A DNA stretch of 64,000 nt from positions 186,001-250,000 of the forward strand of contig JBLDXI010000029.1 in the NCBI GenBank assembly GCA_047495785.1, in the 5' to 3' direction. Below the pieces are notes generated by a model. It was not told the origin of the DNA, made no database searches, and saw only the letters and a program-made list of their open reading frames with translations. Positions 52,655 to 64,000 of the stretch are shown here, piece after piece (positions within the stretch are counted from its first letter, which is position 1; each line of letters opens with the position of its first letter). The DNA is from Lepidodermella squamata. Lineage: Eukaryota > Animalia > Gastrotricha. A program made the position numbers and the translations under genes.

Positions 52655-53752
52655 ACTAATTGTCCACCAGCAAACTAATTATATTATCTAACTTTAAACA
52701 TTTGATTTCGTCTCGCTTGATTCTTGCGATTAAATTTGATGTAAACAAAGGCAACATGGTTGCGATTGGAATTTGGAATTACTCCATATTGAGGTTGGCA
52801 AAATAAATTGAAATAATTGCAGCAAAAAAATCGATTATTCGGCGTTCAATCATGTTTCGCTACACTCTCAGCCTCCAACAAATTCTTTATTTTCCTTACC
52901 GCAAGTCATTTTGAGTCATTGAGTCTATGATTCAGAGAATCGTAAGAATGGTCCAACGAAGGAGATAAGGTCCGGTGAAAAGTCCCAATTTGGTTTTACA
53001 TTAAGGCTCGGAAAGATTAGATAGCACATATTGACCCTAGCAATGAGTAATGGCGGTCGTGACAGAGTAAGAAAGACACCTCAGATAAGGCCGAAAAGTA
53101 AACATAATTTATCATCTCAGACAGATGGAATGGGCGGGGCAATTTTGTCGCGGTAATCGTTTGGTTGTTTTTTTAACATCAGTTTACCATGTGGAAAAAG
53201 AGAAGCAAAAAACTCGCCATTAAGATCGCATTAGACTGAGAGGTTTCTAAGCGTTGGATATCATTTGTGGAAATTCAACAAAAAAATATTCGATATATTT
53301 TTTGAATATATATTAACAAAGCTTCGAGACTCGAGACAACGGTTTTATCGATGTTGTCAATCTTTGGGCAAACTCATTTCGATATAAAACATATTTTCGC
53401 ATTTTTCAATATTTTCTCTGGAATAATTTCACGGATATGTCAATTTGTAATGACAGTAATTTCTGAAGTCGAGTAATGCGTTTCTTTTTAATCCTATCAA
53501 CCACGTCATCATTTTGCGCAGACTAATTCACAGTAGCGACGTATGGCAAGAAGTGCGGGTATGCCATGCAAACAATGGTAGATGCTTGTTTACCAAACCA
53601 TTGAGCATTCAGTGTCATCCACCCCGATCTTTTTACTCTTCATACGCATCATTGATAGCCCAAGGTAAAAACACGCACGAGTCATTTACGTTATTCCTAG
53701 CTAATAGTTACTAACTGGACGAATTAATACTATATCTTAATAGGTAAAACCA

Positions 53753-55490
53753 ATGGAGCCAGTTCTCACAGCAATTCTTTTCGGGCTTTCAACTTTTTTG
53801 CCTCTGGTAACAGGTCGTTAGCAGATAATTGATGATTCAGAGAAGTTATGATTCCTTTATTAATCAGGTCAAATCAGTCTAACTGTTTACACTTCGCGAA
53901 CTGAGAATGCTGATAATCTCAAGCAATTATGGCACTCTGCTAACAGTCGTGGCATCGACGTCAACGTTTTGTCTCCCGATGAGTCGATGGAAGAATCCAA
54001 GGAGCTGCGGTTCGCCAAGGAAATATGCAAGAATTTGAAGGGATCCGAGAAATCCGTCGTCTTGTATGTTGACCCCGACTGCAGCTACATCATGGGCGAT
54101 GAATCGGCAATTTTGAAGAATTTCGAGGCTTCGAATAGCGATGTTGTGATTGCTGTAGAGAAAGATGCCGAAAAGGACGAATTTCGGGCTTTAACAACAA
54201 CCGGCTTCATCGGCTACAAAAAATCTATCTGCGACCTGATTTTTGGTGGAGAAATCGACAGAAGTTTAGCTGACCGGATTCGAGCCTTAGTGGAAACTAA
54301 AGTTTTGCTTGATAAGAAGTCACAGATGTTTCAGGTTTTGGATCAGAAATCGAATCCAGTTGAGCTAAAGACTGCTTCGAACCGAGCTTTCTTGGAAAAC
54401 AAGAAGACATCAAGCAGACCGTTGATCTTGATGTCGCAAATGGAGAATAGCGTCGAGTTCAATCATTTGTGTGACCTTATTTCCTACGGGACTGTTCTTC
54501 GTGACGGTAGGACACGACTTCAAGTAGAGGAAACGGCTATTTCAACCCTGTCGAAGGTTAGTTCAATAAGCCATTTCCGAAGTTGGGACAAAGAAGACTT
54601 ATCTATACATATTCACGAATTCACTTTTCCAGGACGAATCTCTGCCAACAGTGACCATCTTCCTTTCAGTCAGAACTTACAATCCACGTATAATTGAAGT
54701 CTTAGAAGCTATTCGAGATATGAATTACCCAAAAAAGCGCCTGGTAATTGTTGTCTACAACGCTGTACCTGAACACGATACTACGGTTGAAGAATTTTTG
54801 TTGTCCCTGATCAAGCCAGAACGGAGATATCTCGAGGTCGATTTTATCGGGAGCAATTTGACGATCAGTAAAACTGGAATTTATGAAGCTAAATTGTAAG
54901 CAGAAAATCCAGAAATATCTTGAATCAACGCGGTTTCTTACATTATTTCAGATCTATAGCCCGGACTTGGAAGTCTGAATACGTCTTCGTAATGGAGTCC
55001 ATGGTTCAGTTGACTAACCCCGATTCATTGAGAATTCTCGTCGCTCAACGGAAAAATGTCGTGGCACCCTTGCTCACGCTATCCGATGGCTCTGCGTCTA
55101 ACTTCAAGTACGACATTCAACTTGATCAATCGAACCAGCCAATCGAATACCAACATATTGTCACAGGAAAAAATCGGTAGGCCGAAGAGTAACTTCACTG
55201 CCAGTTAATTTTTGCCCATTCATTCGTTTTTCAGAGGTGTTTGGAAAGTGCCTTTTGCAAGCCATGCCCTGCTTCTTCGAGACGCTGTTTACGAAAAGGT
55301 TCCTGCCAAAGCAGCTGAATCAGATGAAGAATTCAATGGGGCGATAGCAGAAGCGGGCTTTCATCTTCACGTTGCGAATTTCGCTGACTTTGGTCATTTG
55401 ATCAAGCCGGAATCGCCACCCACCAGCCAATCTTCGCTCGATCAAGTTGACATCGCAAGAAAACCTGATGTGGAACACGCCGAGCTGTGA
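53753..55490 (+). CDS. PLOD (procollagen lysyl hydroxylase)-like protein with only the N-terminal GT/accessory domains and a C-terminal HAEL (497 aa)
   Basis: Exons 53753-53813, 53868-54556, 54633-54895, 54952-55176, 55235-55490. PLOD-like segments VVLYVD..ILKNF..VVIAVE, GFIGY, LDKKSQMFQVL, LPTV..MNYPKKRL..N, LTNPDSLRILV.Q..VVAPLL..SNF, RGVWKVPF, FGHL. The stop precedes any dioxygenase domain. Confidence 0.82.
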
Positions 55491-56109
55491 CAGTTTCGAG
55501 TTGAAGCAATTGTTATGTGGTTTTAGCTATACTTTGAAACCGAATGAAAGGTTAAATAATTGAGACGATTCTCATGTTGTTATTAACTGACACAAAGTGC
55601 ACGCCTGTAGCCGCGAAGAACTTCTAATGAGATTTATGAGCCAGAGCCTGTTGATGAGCCCTTCAGGAAATTTAAATAATTTTTATCACACATCGACTTC
55701 ACATAGACGCGCGCACCTTCAATCGTGATTTGCGTATAGGGTGATGCAAAATGGACCCAATGCTGTTACTGTAATTTCGAGATTGAATCAGTGAAACTAG
55801 ACGGTAATTCCTAAAGCGATTTGCCCTTAAGATTACGAAAAATAAAAAAATAAAAAATCATTTATTTGTTTATCTTCCCCGCGACTAAACGTCTGTACGC
55901 TTTCGGGTTTTGAAGAAGGCGAAGGCAAGGCAAACCAAAAGGAATTTAGTCACCATCCCCCACAACCGAGAAAATCTTATTTTTGTTATAAAATTCAAAA
56001 TCTTTCAGAGGCTCAACTATTCTTCGCCATTCAACTCGATCTAATGCCGTTGTTTCGGTAAATGTCCAGTCAACAGTCAACAGTCAACAGTCGGAAATTT
56101 CGGTTACAT

Positions 56110-57019
56110 TACTACCATCTTTACGAGGTCTGCCACGGGACCCGTCGGTTTTTTTTCTTATTATATTTTCTGTTGTAAGTCCTACTTTACTTAAACTTCT
56201 TTCAACCGCACCTTGAACCGCAACAGCCATCTAGTTCGAGGTTTCCCCACCGGTCTCTTCCATTCCTTAGGCGCAACCCACCTATATATAGGTCGTAGAC
56301 TGGCCCCGGTGGTGTCGGTTCACCTTTGTCGTCGACATAGGTCTCCATCCTTATTATATGAACTAGGTAATTAAGGCGTCGTTTTTCAATTAGTCTACCG
56401 ACTTCGATAATGTCGCCGCACATTGATAGTCTTTTATGTCTATTTTGGGAATGTAGTCCATTACAGTAATTCCTACATTTCATCGCAGCCATTTATATTC
56501 TTGGGTATTTAGCGCCCTTTCCTCGTCTTCGGTCATATTCCATGACTCACATGCATAAATCATTGCTGGAATAATAACGCATTTTAAATTTTACCGCCAA
56601 AGAGACATGTTTTCGATTGCACAGGAATGAACTTATCGCGCCAAAACAATTACCTGCTTTCGCAATGCGCGCTTTTAGTTCCTCGCAAATCTTCCCATCA
56701 TCAGTTATAATATGGGACACGGTGGCTCAGTTGGGTCGTTGAGCTACTGTGTATCTGAGGGGATATCGCTCGGGACTGGGTTCAAGTCCTAGTGACAGAA
56801 CCAGGATCGAGTCCCCCCCCCCCCCCCCCTCGGCCCCGCGGTGGTTTTACCAATCCATCGCGTTACAAAATAGAAAATTGGGAGGCTGGGAGTGTCAGCT
56901 AGACTGCACCGGTCGAAATCCGTCATACGGAAATTTTCATCTCAATCTCTTACGATAAGACCTAGGGTTAGAGTAAGTGGCATGCCCTTCTAGTCCTCAA
57001 AGTTCGCTTTGAAAAAGAA

Positions 57020-57094
<75 letters not shown>

Positions 57095-57245
57095 CTACCT
57101 AAGTCCTTGAATGGGCCTACTTTTTCAAGATCTAATTGCAAGTTATATTTTTCATTTTTCTTTGAGTCCCCTCCTATAATCATATATTGAGTCTTCGACG
57201 CGTTAATTTTGAGACCTAGTTCTTTGCCGCGTCGCAAATTCCTAG
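56110..57245 (-). mobile_element. Decayed non-LTR retrotransposon (RTE-like) RT C-terminal fragment, interrupted by a SINE
   Basis: GLKINASKTQYM, LEKVGPFKDLGSI|TDDGKICEELKARIAKAG, RRLNYLVHIIRM and GSRGRP motifs, broken by frameshifts and stops. Confidence 0.85.
56714..57093 (+). mobile_element. tRNA-derived SINE with (ATT)n tail
   Basis: GGG start, A-box TGGCTCAGTTGG (56723-56734), B-box GGTTCAAGTCC (56779-56789), poly-C tract, ~24 ATT units (57020-57093). It splits the LINE LGSIIT codons. Confidence 0.8.
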
Positions 57246-57661
57246 TAACGTCTGCTGAACCATGGATGACAAACCACACTTTAAACGCACATAATATATT
57301 ATTTTTGTGCTCAGGTGACCATTAATCGACACCGAAATGCGGAAGCCCAGATCTAGAGTGTTCTTATTTTCGCTTGGATTTTACAGTATTCTATCGACTT
57401 GATAACTATTTTCGGCCCGGATAAAATAAGGACCTTCGTAAGGTCAAAGAATGGCAGATGTTCGAGCTAACTTGGGCCAGACGTCTAAATTCGACTTGTG
57501 CCGTGACACGCGCGCTTGCTGTCCGCAAAATAATATATAACACATGGCTCTACTCGCTTTATAAACTATTTCAATTCACTCTAACGTGACTTTTGAAAAT
57601 TCATTTTCCCAACAATTCCTCAGCTTACCTGTTTGTTTAAAATTGACAACATTGCGTCAAC

Positions 57662-60600
57662 ATGAAGACCTTCACTGGTGGGGCGATTACGCTCGCCTTG
57701 TTCATGGCTCTAGTCATGAGCCAGCTGGTAACTGCGAAACAAGAACAGTGAGTTCATTGCTTTTTCTTATTTCTTAAAGTCCAAATAAATCGAAATCCCT
57801 GCATACCAGCAGATATAGTATTAGTATTCAGTAGGTAGTTTTTTATAAAATAATTTTCATTTTTTAGTTCTACATATTTTCCGTTTTAAATTATGTGAAA
57901 CCTCTAAGTAGTGCATTTTTCTATCACATGTTGTCGTTTCAAACAATTTTGCCATTCATTAATTTTCACCGTCCATTTTCAAACTCTTTCGATTTTTATT
58001 CAATGAATCCTTGACCTGTTATTTTTACTCCAACAGTGAAAAGCGCCATCACGATAATTCCGCAGAACATGGCTCTCACGCTATTCATGGGTCGTCGGAT
58101 TCCGAGAAGCCTGTCAATCAAAAGCCGGCAAGCATCACTGCTGTAAAGTTCAGCGATGCTGCAGCTCGCGGCGATCTGGCCGAAATTCGCAAAATGCTGG
58201 CCGCGGGCGATATCAACATCAACGCTGCTGATGACCGCGAGACTGAAGGCGGCAAGTTGAAGGGCGCTACACCTCTTCACCGAGCGATTGCTAACAAAGC
58301 CGCGAAGATCGACGTCATCAAAGCTCTGATCACAGCTGGAGCTGATATCGAAGCTCGCGATTCGTTAAATGGCGTCACGCCCATCGGAGTCGCTGCAGCT
58401 GCTGGGAATCTTGAAATTCTGCGATTGCTGATCGATCGCGGCGCGAACGTTGATGCGACGACTGAGCAGAACAACCACACGCCGTTGATGATTGCCGTGA
58501 TTTACAACCACGTCGAAAGCGCGAAGCTTCTGCTCGACCACGGCGCTAATATCGAAGCTCGGCAGAAGAACGGTTACACAGCTCTTCACTACGCTGCGTC
58601 AGTCGGCAATGTTGACATGGTCAGCCTTCTGTTGAACCGTGGTGCTGACATCGATCCACTGGAGAATGAAGGCCGCTCGCCTCTGATGATTGCGACGAAC
58701 AGCGATAACGCCTTGGCAGTGGCGAAGAAGCTTCTAGAACGGGGTGCTGATGCCAATATTGAGGCAAAAAATGGCTACACTGCGCTGACTTTTGCCGAGG
58801 CGAGCAAGAAGCAAGATGTTGTTACTCTCATTAAGAAATACGCCGTGAGTCATTTTTCACTTATTCTTAATTTTCCAATTTTTTGTTTGTTTCCCTTAGG
58901 ATAAAGCCAGCCAATTACCGAAGAAGAAGCACCGTCGCGAAACCGGCAGCTCAGAAGAAATCGAGTCCAGTGATGAAGAGAAGGTGAAATTCCGTCAAAT
59001 TCAAAAATTTCATGCTGACTTTTCTGTTGTCTTTCTGGGTTAAGGCTGAAAACGGACGATTGCTCGGCGAAGCGGTTGTGCAGGGCGATCTAAAGGCAGT
59101 CAAAGACCTGCTGAAATCCGGCGAAGTCGACATCAACTGGCAAGACGCTCGTGAAACCGACGGAGGCACTCTGCAGGGCGCAACTGCTCTTCACCGAGCT
59201 ATCGCTAACTCGGTATCAATCAATGTCATCAAGGCGCTGATCTCAGCTGGAGCTGACGTCGAAGCCCGTGAGACCAAGGGTGGAATCACGCCGCTTGGAG
59301 TTGCCGCTGCTACTAACAACCTAGAAGCTATCAAGTTTCTGCTCAATGGCGAGGCTAACATCGAGGCGAAGTCTCAGAAGCAAGGCGACACGCCGCTGAT
59401 GATCGCAATTATTTTCGGCAAGCTCGGCGCCACTAAGCTTTTGCTGGAGAAAGGAGCCAACATCGAAGCTCGAAACAGTGAGGGCTACACACCTCTTCGC
59501 TATGCGGCTACTGTCGGCGATGTCAAGATTCTAGAGCTGCTTTTGGAAAATAAAGCGAAGGTCGACGCTATCGATAATTCGGGTGCCACGCCTTTGATGA
59601 TCGCGAGCTACAATGGGGCGAACGAGATCGTTCGAAAGCTGCTCGAACATGGCGCGGATGTGACCATCAAGTCGAAGACTGGCGAAACGGCGCTTGATCT
59701 TGCCAAACTTCAACATAAAACTGAAACTGCCAAGATCCTAACTGCGCATAAGGTATAATTTAGCGTTTGGCATGTTGTTTTTCGAATTTTTCTCATATCG
59801 TGAAGAGTTTAACGCATGCCTTTCGTGTTTTCTATAGGTTACTTCTCAGGCTGAATCTACATCGAACGAAGGCGATGTTCAAGCTAAACAGCAGCAACTG
59901 TTGGACGCAGCTGGTCGTGGCAACTTGCAAGAAGTAAAGCGATTGTTGTCGCTTGGAAATCTCGACCTCGACTGGAAGGACGCAAACGGACTTGCGGCGA
60001 TCCACAAGGCGGTCATCTCGAAGATTCCTCAAGTCGTGGCGGCTCTGTTGGATGCTGGAGCCGATATCAACGCTCGAACCGCCGACGGCGCAACGCCGCT
60101 GATCGAAGCCATCTACCACAAGGCGAAAGACGTTGTGAAGTTGCTGCTTGAACGAGGAGCTGATATAACCATAGCGAAGACTGATGGAGCTAATGCTCAA
60201 AACTTTGCCGGGTGGAGCGGTGATAGCGAGATGATCAAGCTTCTTCAAACCCACAGCAGCAATGTAAGTTTAACTCTTGCCCTAATTTCTACCCGTAGCA
60301 ACATTTGTTTGCCTTTATCCTTAGTCATTTCATGATCGATTGTACAAATTCCCAACTTAATGTAGCATTATTTTCCGAAATTTGATTTTAATTAACTTTC
60401 TCATTTATATAGGCTCATATTGCCAACTTGAAACCAGCGACCGCAAATCAACAACAGGAGCTGAATAATGCCGCTGCGAAGGGCGATCTGGTGAAAGTGA
60501 AGAAATTACTCGCCTCGGCCAAGTTCGACCTCAGCTGGAAAGACCGATGGGGCATCAACGCTTTGCACAAAGCGGCTTACGGCAAGAATGCTGGTGTGGT

Positions 60601-60814
60601 GGTGGCTTTGCTGGATGCCGGCGCTGACATCAACGCTCGGCGAGATGATGGCGCGACGGCTTTGATCGAAGCCGCGTTCTACGGAGCTACCGATGTCGCC
60701 AAGCTGTTGCTCGAACGTGGGGCCGACAAGACAATCGAGAAGGAAACCGGCGAAACTGCGCTCGACTTTGCGAAGATGAAAGGACACGATGAAATCATTG
60801 CACTGCTTCAGTAG
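57662..60814 (+). CDS. Signal-peptide-bearing ankyrin-repeat protein with four capped modules (7+7+4+4 repeats; 837 aa)
   Basis: Exons 57662-57747 (MKTFTGGAITLALFMALVMSQLVTA-KQE), 58037-58844, 58900-58983, 59045-59752, 59838-60263, 60413-60814; GT-AG and phase-consistent. Consensus GxTPLHxA..LL..GA.I.A repeats. Confidence 0.88.
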
Positions 60815-61226
60815 TGGAACTTCGGTGTATGAAGTGTCAACGAACATAATTTTGATTTATAAATGATGCCACTCCGTCGAGTGAAAATCCGTTTTAATAA
60901 ACTTGGGTATTACTGTTTGCTTTATTTTTCAACATTCGATTCGACCCAATGTCGAGAACCTAATTTAGCGGTGGTTAATGTTCAACAGTTCTGACATGAG
61001 ATGCATTGAAAGATTGTTATGCTGAGAGCGACTTTTTAATAGGCTTTTGACAGGAAAATGTTTTATACATAACTATTATGCTACATAGAGTATAAGTAAG
61101 CCAATAATGAAGCCGAATAGATGAGGCTTTCTCTTGCTGCAGAATTAAATTCAAGTGCATACACGTGTGAGTAAATTAGTGAGCTTCAAAGCTCATTGCA
61201 TGCAATTGCTTTGAATTAGCTCTTAT

Positions 61227-62396
61227 CTACGAAAAGTAGCCATTCTGCCTAGCGACGTTGACGGCGTAGATATTAATACTCAAGAAGAATAGCGTCGCAG
61301 CTATAACACCAAAGAGATCGCTAATTCTGGCAGTGGACATCGTTAAGAACGGGAAAGCTGCCGGAGGGTTTTTAAGCCGCTGTCGATATGTTCTAGCGAT
61401 GGCCAGCATAACGAGCGAATAAACGGTACAAGCCCATGAGAAAAGTGATAGTAAATCAGTGTAATTTCCAATGAAAATGCGTCGGGGTTTTTGAGGGATC
61501 TTGCTCAACACTTGGCCCTGAAGAAATGTAAGTGCTAACAAAATCGTGATGGAGAACATCGGGCGATCGGGGACAGAGGGCGGAATAACGAAGCCCACGA
61601 GTTGAAGGCTCGACACCAACAGGCCAGGTAACATGAGGTTGAAAATGTAGTATTCCGGTTCTCGTTTAAAAGTCATCTCAAAGGCTACAAAACTTCGTTC
61701 TCCAATTATAGTGACAATGCCCGAACTTGCCCACCAGTTGACAAAGGTCCAGCCAGAACCGGCGCTCTCTGCCATGAAATCAAAATATGAAACATTGTAT
61801 CTGAAATCTAAATAATTTGCGATTGTGCATTCTGGTAACTCTTGTAGTACAAAAGAAATTGTGCACGTCTGATTATCGAAAGGAAACCACGTGTAATCCA
61901 TAGGACAATGGGAAGTAAAAACTCCGATCCTTTGCCAGAAAAAGTGCACAACCGACGGCTCATGTTCTGTAATATTTGGCGGGCCAATACTGGAGTACAA
62001 ACGGCTCGTGAACCCATCTTTCATTCGAAAATCTAGAACAGCATTTCTATGATGCATTCTCGGTTTCCAAATTTTCGATTCATCTACGAAGAATGTTAAA
62101 CCCCGGTCAGGGCGGAAGTTTTCACACGTTGCTACCCAATGGACAGATAATGCCGCAGATATTGTGAGTGTTTCTTCCGCATCATCCATATCGTGGAATC
62201 TTAGAGGTGTCAAATCAATCGTGATATTCGTAAAATTGCTATCGATGAACGACGGGCCTTCGACGCACGTTGGCGAGTAGACATATGGTCTTATGCTGGA
62301 ACAATTCCTAACCAACTCTTTGTCCAAATCTAACGCCATGCAATTCTGAGACGTGATGAGTGGGTGCAATATAGCAAAGGTCAGAAAGGGCTTCAT
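61227..62396 (-). CDS. Intronless, divergent Cys-loop ligand-gated ion channel subunit (389 aa)
   Basis: Signal peptide, IWKP, Cys-loop CPMDYTWFPFDNQTC, FKREPEYYIFNLMLP (M1), M2 DRPMFSITILLALTFL, four TM segments. Confidence 0.9.
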   Translation of the reverse strand: MKPFLTFAILHPLITSQNCMALDLDKELVRNCSSIRPYVYSPTCVEGPSFIDSNFTNITIDLTPLRFHDMDDAEETLTISAALSVHWVATCENFRPDRGLTFFVDESKIWKPRMHHRNAVLDFRMKDGFTSRLYSSIGPPNITEHEPSVVHFFWQRIGVFTSHCPMDYTWFPFDNQTCTISFVLQELPECTIANYLDFRYNVSYFDFMAESAGSGWTFVNWWASSGIVTIIGERSFVAFEMTFKREPEYYIFNLMLPGLLVSSLQLVGFVIPPSVPDRPMFSITILLALTFLQGQVLSKIPQKPRRIFIGNYTDLLSLFSWACTVYSLVMLAIARTYRQRLKNPPAAFPFLTMSTARISDLFGVIAATLFFLSINIYAVNVARQNGYFS

Positions 62397-63050
62397 GTCG
62401 TTTAGATGTTATCAACGTTGGGATAATACGAGACCTTCAAAAATAATGTTTCAGGAAAGCAAATTTCAAGGAATATTATAAGGAGGACATTCATCGACAT
62501 GCCCACCACTTTGGCCCCTGGATCGTTGTCCCACTGCATATTTATTGAAGTTGTTTATTTTATTGAGCGAGTTACATGTTCTATTTTAGCATTACCATGC
62601 TAGAGAAGACAATTAAATATATTCATTTGTCCTCCTATCTTCTATTAATAACATTAATAAATAACAAGTCTAGACGAAAAGCACATTTGTCTTCCCCCTA
62701 GTAATGCTTCTTTAATGTCCATGAGTCCAAAAAGACTGCGACAAACATGATGACCATGAAACAGGACAATTTGGAATCGATAAAGATAGATTTGATGGTG
62801 TTCACTGTCAACATTATTTACTCCTACGCGAGGCGAATTCTCATCGTCTCAGACAAATTATACCAAAATCTGGAAAGCAGAAGAGAAATGATTCTTTGCA
62901 TTCACCTTCAAAACTTAGTGATGCATTGCTGAATAAAAAACAATATTCGTGACATTGAAACGGTAATAGATTATGGAAAGTGTTGCTACTGTAAAATATT
63001 TCATTCGGCTATGTACGATTGATTACAATTGATAATCATCTATAGCAGAG

Positions 63051-64000
63051 TTAGTTTCCGCAAATACTAGGGAAATTCCCAGCGCATCCCGTTTTATCGG
63101 CGCCACGATCTATCAGCATTTGCGCTGTGCTAATCTGACCATAACGAACTGCATACAGCAACGCAGTCCAACCGTTGTTCGGGTTCTTAGCATCGATATT
63201 CGATCCGCGATCCAGCAGGAGCATAGCAATCTCGGTGTTGCCTTTATAACTCGCTGTCATCAGGGGTGTCATGCCCTGGCCATCGGAAGTGTCTGGTTGC
63301 GCGCCTTTATCAAGCAGTAGCCGCACTGATTCGAGCCATTTAGTGCCATTTGACACGCCGGATGCAAGGTGAAGGGGGGTGAAGTCACCGGTTGGAGTTC
63401 GCGACTGAACGCCCACTTGAGCATCGAGTAAGTATCGAATTGTGACGTAATGACCATCAACACAAGCCTGCCACAATTCCTGATATTCAAATTATGAATC
63501 TCTAAGAGAATTGACTAGAAAGGTAACTAACACCGGCGTTGATTCTACCACTATCTGGTGGAACCGCTATGGTTCCGCAAGACTGCTCGTCTGATGAATC
63601 GCCGCAATCGTCGGCTTCGTCGCATTGCCGGCTGTAAGCGATACAAAGGCCAGACTTCGGACTTCCATCTGGGCATGTGAACGATTGACACCCAGGCGTT
63701 GTGTTAACAGCTTGCGTTGTAGCAACTGTGGTGGTCCTGGTAGTTGTGGGAATAACAGCTGGACGGGTAAAAGTAAATCGAACAGTCGATCGAGTTGAAC
63801 TGCTAACAACATCTTGAAAAGGGGCTTTAACGTAGAAATTCAACCCGAAGTGCTGAACTTACTAACTACAGCTTGGCGTTGGCACAAGCCAGCCTGAGTC
63901 CAAGTCCCATCGCTGCGGCAGAAAACGTTCGGCTGCCCGACTAATTGAAAGCCGTCATTACAAGTAATCGCCCTAGTCAATCCGTTTGTTCCGGCCACTT
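63051..64000 (-). CDS. 3' part of a CCP-Ser/Thr linker-LDLa-ankyrin protein; 5' end outside the window
   Basis: Exons >64000-63863 (ITCNDGFQLVGQPNVFCRSDGTWTQAGLC, CCP), ~63812-63532 (Thr-rich, then LDLa CQSFTC..GLCI..QCDEADDCGDSSDEQSC) and 63479-63051 (about 4 ankyrin repeats), joined by ~50-bp GT-AG introns in frame. Confidence 0.85.

Noticed and set aside
56714-56795. tRNA gene
   Set aside because: A and B boxes are present but there is no convincing cloverleaf; it continues into a body and (ATT)n tail, so it fits a SINE head.

Overview
Eukaryotic (invertebrate animal) genomic DNA, not prokaryotic: genes are spliced with GT-AG introns, many only 47-110 bp, so the six-frame ORF track fragments most of them. 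I rebuilt the exon chains by hand and checked phase. I cannot name the organism. About 20 protein-coding genes are present: an Ig-domain surface protein (cut by the window edge), a coiled-coil orphan, a ~1225-aa MAM-astacin-CUB-CCP-MAM-PAN protease, an atypical Jun-like bZIP, two GPI-type lipocalin-like paralogs, three intronless 14-finger C2H2/C2HC paralogs, a degenerate LIV-1/ZIP transporter, a TRIM-NHL-like gene, a small orphan ORF, two cathepsin-L paralogs, a Cys-rich type I membrane protein, a LamG-LamG-pseudotrypsin, a truncated PLOD-like ER protein, a signal-peptide ankyrin protein, an intronless Cys-loop receptor, and a CCP-LDLa-ankyrin gene (cut by the edge). Several MITEs/foldbacks and a tRNA-derived SINE nested in an RTE-like LINE relic fill the gaps. 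Best novelty candidates: (1) ankyrin repeats apparently routed to the secretory pathway in two neighbouring genes, one built as four exon-encoded, self-capped DARPin-like modules with basic cleavage sites; (2) cathepsin-L proteins fused to a tandem dynein-light-chain (LC8)-like domain, present as one Cys-active and one Cys-to-Ser copy. Many other genes here have lost canonical functional residues while keeping open frames. All family calls come from motif recognition by eye; no database search was run.
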